A DNA stretch of 64,000 nucleotides from Tubiluchus corallicola (Eukaryota > Animalia > Priapulida), in NCBI GenBank assembly GCA_030141605.1, contig JAQGDQ010000353.1, positions 182,792 to 246,791 of the forward strand. The letters run 5' to 3'. The notes beneath the pieces are model-generated. The model did not search any database and was not told where the DNA came from. It was given only the letters and a program-made list of their open reading frames with translations. A program made the translations under genes and the position numbers. Of this stretch, positions 58,401 through 64,000 are shown one piece after another. Positions within the stretch are counted from its first letter, which is position 1; every line of letters starts with the position of its first letter.

Positions 58401-60219
58401 CGACAAGAAATTTGTAGTTAACTTAACCCTTTTTTGTACGTAAACATGTTTAGTTAAACAGTAGGCTTGCAGTCTATTAGATAGTTGAGTGCAAGGCACG
58501 TACAATCGACCCTCGTTAAACCGGACCCCGTTAGCCCGGATATCGGATAAGACGGACGTCATCCGTGGTAAAGGAAACTGACCGATTTCCGACCGAGCCA
58601 GAGCGCTAAACACAACACGGCCTACCAACTCACCACGAGCCATTGACGGGCCGAAGCGGCTCGTGGTGCCGCCCAGGCTGCTACGATTCCTGCCAAAATT
58701 CAGTTTGCTTACCCCATCGAAAGCACTTGCTAATTTCTTTATCCTCACAGGTTAACTATTTTAAAGTAATATACAGTATAGTATATAGTGCACAGTATAT
58801 AGTGCAATGTATATAGGCCTTATTAAGGTGATTATTCCTGTATAATATAGACCATATATAGGCATATCGGATAAATCGGACAATCGGCTAAACCGGACCA
58901 CCCCTCCTCCCCCAATTAGTCCGGTTTAACGAGGGTTGACCGTATATCACATAGACAAAATGTTTTTGATAAAGATGATTGATTTTGAGTATGTCATTAA
59001 TTCCCGAATGATTAATTTAATAATTTTCTCTTAATTCATTAACCTTTAAAAATGAGGACTCTAACCTGTGTACACTTGTCTGGCTCTTGTAATTCATCCA
59101 AGGCAAAACTTAACACACCTCGTTATAACTCCAACTTTTTCCCCTTTCCAAAGTGGGCAGTATAAAGAGATTTTTTTATGTTGTCATTTTTTATTTTCAT
59201 TTAATCACCGTTGTTAGCATACTGTATAAGAAATTCTAAATAGTTAGTTTCTGTGCTTATTTCCTATAGGATTTAGTTTCTTGGGTGAAGGGAAGAGAGG
59301 AAGTCGAAATTGTAGACTTGATATTGAAGATCAAGGAAAAAATGGTAGGAACTGATTTAATCGAACTTTCGTTTACATTTTATGTATAAATGTACTTCTA
59401 GAGATGAGCATCGAACGTTCAAATTCGATAGATCTAATTTTAATGACAGTTGTTGGTCTTGTTGGCATCCTTCTGTCTCAGAAGACAATTGAATGCGCGC
59501 CAAGAGAGTCTGATCCTTGAACGTCTCCAGGGCGCACGCCTGGGCAAGGTGTAAGGAGATCCTGAGTTGCCCAGACAACAGGAACCCCCTCTCTTCCTCC
59601 CTGGTGTAGTCCAAAGGAAAGCGGAGCGATACGTTTGGCACCTGGTTGGCTGCAGGAGCTGCCGGAGTCAGTGAGCATGCTGCACTGGTCCGCCTTCGGG
59701 TCTCCACTCCTGATTTGGAAGGTTTACTCCTCTACACATGACCGTTGAGTTACGTCACGACCTCCTCCGCCCTCTAGCCGTTGGCTGCTTGTGCAGCTCC
59801 TCCGCCTAGTGTCGAGATACAGTGTGGGCATCCCGCAAGCCTACAGCACCTGGTATTCCTACATGGTCACCCATCCAAGCACTAACCAGGCTCTACGTTG
59901 CTTAACTACGGTGATCAGACGAGAACCGGTGTTTTCAACGTGATTTGGCCGTAGTAATGACAGTAAGGCAGCACTATTACTAATCCCTAGTGAATTGCTT
60001 AAATATTTTAAGTTAAATCAAACTGTGTTTCAGACATCCGTATTAACGATGTGCTAATAATGTGTTGACAATTAATGCTTTTATTTTCTGCTACAGTTTT
60101 TAGCTGCAAGACATCAGTTGCCAGTGAAAAAGGATACATCTGCAAAGCTAGAGCAGCAAATTAGCACTGTGGTCAGTTCATTACCAGAAGACTTGCGAGG
60201 TGTACTGAGCAACTCTTAA
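37491..60219 (+). CDS. DENND6: DENN domain-containing protein 6 (FAM116, Rab14 GEF family), 17 exons, about 579 aa
   Basis: Exons 37491-37649, 39386-39424, 41406-41448, 42499-42611, 43922-44002, 46263-46448, 47560-47678, 48303-48425, 50578-50673, 51785-51879, 52560-52690, 54150-54239, 54841-54894, 56140-56249, 57181-57283, 59270-59344 and 60097-60219 (1740 nt, in frame). Diagnostic peptides include [89 protein letters not shown] and LPEDLRGVL. Alternative in-frame ATG at 37479. Confidence 0.95.
41585..41936 (-). mobile_element. LINE 3'-UTR-like dispersed repeat, copy 1
   Basis: Reverse complement of 55278-55640; contains the 3' stem-loop and ends in aataaataaa. Confidence 0.7.
43484..43867. 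mobile_element. hAT-type MITE, second copy
   Basis: TIRs caagggtgtgcaaa / tttggacacccctg; TSD ttataaag / ttgtaaag; reverse complement of 13551-13965. Confidence 0.9.
45445..45878. mobile_element. TTAA-flanked MITE (piggyBac-like)
   Basis: Inverted ends ttaaatctcccgcaat / attgcgggagtttaa. Confidence 0.55.
46581..46649 (+). ncRNA. Twister ribozyme core (P1 type) at the 5' end of an RTE-derived element
   Basis: AA-CCUA-GCC-[P3 ACUG...CAGU]-GCCGG-UCCCAAGC-CCGG-AUAAA-UAGG-GAGGG. This aligns element by element with the rice twister (UAA-CACU-GCC-AAU-GCCGGUCCCAAGCCCGGAUAAA-AGUG-GAGGG). P2 is compensated (CCUA/UAGG). Confidence 0.9.
46581..47139 (+). mobile_element. Non-autonomous, internally deleted RTE-clade non-LTR retroelement (twister 5' end plus RT C-terminal remnant plus (GAA)n tail)
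   Basis: TSD attgtgattacaca(c/a)ac at 46564-46580 and 47140-47156. Encodes the frameshifted RTE C-terminus ([11 protein letters not shown]...[19 protein letters not shown]...RWYGHLKRR...RRRGRPKR.W...NRNAWRRLI). Ends in gaagaagaag. Confidence 0.9.
49080..50535. repeat. 42-bp minisatellite, about 35 units, in DENND6 intron 8
   Basis: Unit ttcattcactgtagatttataatgcattttagttattcgtgt, with occasional truncated units. Confidence 0.97.
51046..51556. mobile_element. Second copy (inverted, one end truncated) of the 11682 MITE
   Basis: Near-identical reverse complement of about 11682-12160. Confidence 0.85.
52057..52458. mobile_element. MITE with bipartite inverted ends
   Basis: Outer aataagccttttcacagtttc / gaaactatgaaaaggcttatt and inner aggtcaaaggttaagtgta / tacacttaacctttgacct. 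Confidence 0.7.
52793..53660. mobile_element. Composite Tigger/pogo-like MITE: extra left end (52793-52848), captured host DNA (52849-53083) and full MITE (53086-53660)
   Basis: TA-cagtaaactccgcata(g/a)ctcaaa termini at 52793 and 53086; right end gagttacgcagagaatttaccg-TA. 52849-53660 is the reverse complement of 56351-57194. Confidence 0.8.
55278..55640 (+). mobile_element. LINE 3'-UTR-like dispersed repeat, copy 2
   Basis: gactatgctcaacaggttactgaac...agtttggcctgtcaagctatgtttttaggctcaaact...aaataaataaa; inverted relative to 41585-41936. Confidence 0.7.
56351..56957. mobile_element. Tigger/pogo-like MITE in DENND6 intron 14
   Basis: TA-cagcgatctccacgtaactcaaa ... ttgagttatgtggagtttactg-TA, with repeated aactcaaa subterminal motifs. 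Confidence 0.85.
57750..58100 (-). mobile_element. Helitron/Helentron-like non-autonomous element
   Basis: The minus strand starts tcgtatatattaattctactggtat..(TA)n..aagattcgaggctacag (same sequence on + at 12921-12979) and has a GC-rich body ending gagggccacggcaaatcta. Confidence 0.45.
58503..58942. mobile_element. Tc1/mariner-pogo-type MITE
   Basis: TA-caatcgaccctcgttaaaccggac ... gtccggtttaacgagggttgaccg-TA. Confidence 0.85.
59451..59954 (-). mobile_element. 5S rRNA-headed SINE (SINE3-type) with a GC-rich body and probable RTE-derived tail
   Basis: The minus strand begins ctacggccaaatcacgttgaaaacaccggttctcgtctgatcacc...gtgctgtaggctt, a near full-length 5S rRNA (about 59838-59954). About 385 nt of body follow, ending ttgtcttctgagacagaaggatgccaacaagaccaaca. 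10-bp TSD taatgacagt at 59441-59450 and 59955-59964. Confidence 0.85.
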
Positions 60220-60522
60220 ATATCGAAGCTTTGAAACTCAAAATGGAGGCACGATCTCATACAGCTGTGTAGTAAAGAACTACTAAACTACTATATGTAA
60301 AAGTGAAAGTTTGTATAGTATGTATCTCCCAATGTTAGTTGTATCAGTAAGTTCACCAAGTTGTACAAGATGGCGCAGGGTGAAAATAAATACTCAGCTG
60401 AGTGCTGGGCTATAGATTTTAGTGAAATGACTCTTGACCTTGAACCTCTTGGTCAAGATCACTAACTACTACAGCAAAATGTATCTCCCAATAAAATCCA
60501 TAGATATCTATATTATAAGTTA

Positions 60523-63500
60523 CAGTAAGTGCTCGCTTGCCGACACTAACGCGTTCCAGCAAGGCACGTCGTCGTTAAGGGAAACACCATAGAAAACAAT
60601 GTAAAAGCACTTAGTTGTGTACTCCTGTAAAACTCAATAAAGTGAAAGATCAATAATGCTTGGCATATGTAAATCACTGAATTGTTCTGCAGGGCAAAAA
60701 TCAAGAACAGCTGGCAATGTAAAGCTGTCACTTGGGTTGCAGCACAGAAATTAACAATGCGTGGCTCATAAACGAACATTTCTAAAAAAAAATAAAGTTT
60801 ACAGTGAAAATTAAAATTTAAAACCGATTTTCTTTTTTTCCATACACTTGTCTCTCTCTCTGAGGCCACCCTTGTGCCATTTCTTCCTGTCTTATTCTAC
60901 AAGTTCCTGTTTTTTTGAGAAAAATCTAGCGCTGGTTGGGAAAACCTGTTTCTGCAAAAACTTCCTTTTAACACTGCACAGCATCAGCAACATCGTCTCT
61001 CAGTTCAGAACTTGCTCACCATCTGGGTAGTTTTCACCAAGAAATTTTCAAGTCCAGCGTCAGTATCTTAAACAGCTCCATGCAGCTAGCCATTTTTGTT
61101 TACCAGTCTTTTCTGTTTAACGCTGCTGAGAAATATTTGTAGTGTTGTTTTTCCGACAACTTGAATGCAAATGATACGAGTGCATCATTAATTAATTAAC
61201 CCAGCAATGTATCAAGAGAGAATTGCATCAGAGGCATTCCCAGTGTGGGAGAGTGTCGGTAACTAGCCACTGGTCAGCAATGTATCAAGAGAGAATTGCA
61301 TCAGAGGCATTCCCAGTGTGGCAGAGTGTCGGTAGTTAGCCACTGGTCAGCAATGTATCAAGAGAGAATTGCATCAGAGGCATTCCCAGTGTGGGAGAGT
61401 GTCGGTAACTAGCCACTGGTCAGCAATGAATCATGAGAGAATTGCATCAGAGGCATTCCCAGTGTGGCAGAGCATCGGTAATTAGCCACTGGTCAGCAAT
61501 GTATCATGAGGGAATTGCATCAGAGGCATTCCCAGTGTGGGAGAGCGTCGGTAATTAGCCACTGGCCAGGAATGTATCATGAGAGAATTGCGTCAGAGGC
61601 ATTCCCAGTGTGGGAGAGCGTCGGTAGTTAGCCACTGGCCAGCAATGTATCATGAGAGAATTGCATCGGAGGCATTCCCAGTGTGGCAGAGTGTCGGTAA
61701 TTAGCCACTGGTCAGCAATGTATCAAGAGAGAATTGCGTCAGAGGCATTCCCAGTGTGGCAGAGCGTCGGTAATTAGCCACTGGCCAGCAATGTATCATG
61801 AGAGAATTGCATCGGAGGCATTCCCAGTGTGGCAGAGTGTCGGTAATTAGCCACTGGTCAGCAATGTATCAAGAGAGAATTGCGTCAGAGGCATTCCCAG
61901 TGTGGCAGAGCGTCGGTAATTAGCCACTGGCCAGCAATGTATCAAGAGAGAATTGCATCAGAGGCATTCCCAGTGTGGGAGAGTGTCGGTAGTTAGCCAC
62001 TGGTCAGCAATGTATCATGAGAGAATTGCATCAGAGGCATTCCCAGTGTGGGAGAGCGTCAGTAATTAGCCATTGGCCAGGAATGTATCATGAAAGAATT
62101 GCGTCAGAGGCATTCCCAGTGTGGGAGAGCGTCGGTAATTAGCCACTGGTCAGCAATGTATCAAGAGAGAATTGCATCAGAGGCATTCCCAGTGTGGCAG
62201 AGTGTCGGTAGTTAGCCACTGGCCAGCAATGTATCAAGAGAGAATTGCATCGGAGGCATTCCCAGTGTGGGAGAGTGTCGGTAATTAGCCACTGGTCAGC
62301 AATGTATCATGAGAGAATTGCATCAGAGGCATTCCCAGTGTGGCAGAGTGTCGGTAATTAGCCACTGGTCAGCAATGTATCATGAGAGAATTGCATCAGA
62401 GGCATTCCCAGTGTGGGAGAGTGTCGGTAGTTAGCCATTGGCCAGCAATGTATCATGAGAGAATTGCATCGGAGGCATTCCCAGTGTGGCAGAGTGTCGG
62501 TAATTAGCCACTGGTCAGCAATGTATCAAGAGAGAATTGCGTCAGAGGCATTCCCAGTGTGGCAGAGCGTCGGTAATTAGCCACTGGCCAGCAATGTATC
62601 ATGAGAGAATTGCATCAGAGGCATTCCCAGTGTGGGAGAGCGTCGGTAATTAGCCACTGGCCAGCAATGTATCATGAGAAAATTGCATCAGAGGCATTCC
62701 CAGTGTGGCAGAGTGTCGGTAATTAGCCACTGGTCAGCAATGTATCATGAGAGAATTGCGACAGAGGCATTCCCAGTGTGGGAGAGCGTCGGTAATTAGC
62801 CACTGGCCAGCAATGTATCATGAGAGAATTGCGTCAGAGGCATTCCCAGTGTGGGAGAGCGTCGGTAATTAGCCACTGGTCAGGAATGAATCATGAGAGA
62901 ATTGTGTCAGAGGCATTCCCAGTGTGGGAGAGCGTCGGTAATTAGCCACTGGTCAGGAATGAATCATGAGAGAATTGCGCAGAGGCATTCCCAGTGTGGC
63001 AGAGCATCGGTAATTAGCCACTGGTCAGCAATGTATCATGAGAGAATTGCGTCAGGGGCATTCCCAGTGTGGGAGAGCGTCGGTAATTAGCCACTGGTCA
63101 GCAATGTATCATGAGAGAATTGCGTCAGGGGCTTTCCCAGTGTGGGAGAGTGTTGGTAATTAGCCACTGGTCAGCAATGTATCATGAGAGAATTGCGTCA
63201 GGGGCATTCCCAGTGTGGGAGAGCGTCGGTAATTAGCCACTGGTCAGCAATGTATCATGAGAGAATTGCGTCAGAGGCATTCCCAGTGTGGGAGAGCGTC
63301 GGTAATTAGCCACTGGTCAGCAATGTATCATGAGAGAATTGCATCAGAGGCATTCCCAGTGTGGGAGAGCGTCGGTAATTAGCCACTGGCCAGCAATGTA
63401 TCATGAGAGAATTGCGTCAGGGGCATTCCCAGTGTGGGAGAACGTCGGTAACTAGCCACTGGTCAGCAATGTATCATGAGAGAATTGCGTCAGAGGCATT

Positions 63501-63898
63501 CCCAGTGTGGGAGAGTGTCGGTAATTAGCCATTGGCCAGGAATGTATCATGAGAAAATTGCGTCAGAGGCATTCCTAGTGTGGGAGAGCGTCAGTAATTA
63601 GCCATTGGCCAGGAATGTATCATGAAAGAATTGCGTCAGAGGCATTCCCAGTGTGGGAGAGCATCGGTAATTAGCCACTGGCCAGCAATGAATCATCGTT
63701 GCTGATAATTTGCAACCAGGCAGATTATTACTGTGGCTTTTTCATAATTTAAAGCACTAGTGCAGCAAACAAAATGTCAGTGCTTGCTGCTTAGAGGTCA
63801 AAAAGTCGTCGTTAAGATGAAACGTGTCGTTAAGTGAATAAAAGGTGTCAAAAGACGAGTGCCATTAAAATGAAACGCTGTTAAGCGAGGACTTGCTG
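60523..63898. mobile_element. Tigger/pogo-like element containing the 73-bp satellite array
   Basis: Left end TA-cagtaagtgctcgctt, right end aagcgaggacttgctg. The subterminal motif gtcgtcgttaag recurs at about 60568, 63805 and 63826. Confidence 0.65.
61202..63690. repeat. 73-bp tandem satellite, about 34 units
   Basis: Unit cagcaatgtatcatgagagaattgc(a/g)tcagaggcattcccagtgtgg(g/c)agag(c/t)gtcggtaattagccactgg(t/c); highly homogeneous. Confidence 0.98.
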
Positions 63899-64000
63899 GT
63901 ACACTAAGTTTGATTGCCTAATTCTTCATAGCGTCCTTTGACATTGACCTTGAGTACACTGGCTCTCACACTGAAGTTTCTCTCTGCTATAAGGTATTAA

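Noticed and set aside
59838-59954. Functional 5S rRNA gene
   Set aside because: It lacks the first bases and a T-run terminator, has substitutions, and is enclosed with a body inside one TSD, so it is a SINE head.
61202-63690. 73-bp array as a CRISPR array, tRNA array or hammerhead/HDV ribozyme repeat
   Set aside because: There are no unique spacers and no A/B boxes or cloverleaf. The minus strand has ctgatgc/ctgacgc rather than CUGANGA with a matching GAAA. No HDV fold could be built by eye.

Overview
AT-rich, intron-containing animal genomic DNA, probably a protostome invertebrate and likely an arthropod (inferred from protein similarity). Four spliced genes can be reconstructed by hand with GT-AG junctions and consistent frames. 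These are the 3' exons of a grainyhead-family transcription factor (+, 733-5643), Elongin C (-, 12365-14558), a Cad88C/CDH23-like cadherin (+, 19507-36060, 11 exons, about 1850 aa) and DENND6/FAM116 (+, 37491-60219, 17 exons, about 580 aa). Introns and intergenic DNA are dense with MITEs, LINE 3' ends, microsatellites and two large minisatellite arrays (42 bp and 73 bp units). The strongest finding is two short, TSD-flanked, non-autonomous RTE-derived retroelements that both start at the predicted cleavage site of an intact twister ribozyme core; one lies sense in a DENND6 intron. Other highlights: a TSD-flanked 5S rRNA-headed SINE; a MITE-associated inverted duplication that captured the DENND6 exon-15 splice acceptor; an LTR ending exactly after its 18-nt PBS; and a 73-bp satellite expanded inside a Tigger-like element. 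All family assignments come from recalled motifs, not database searches.
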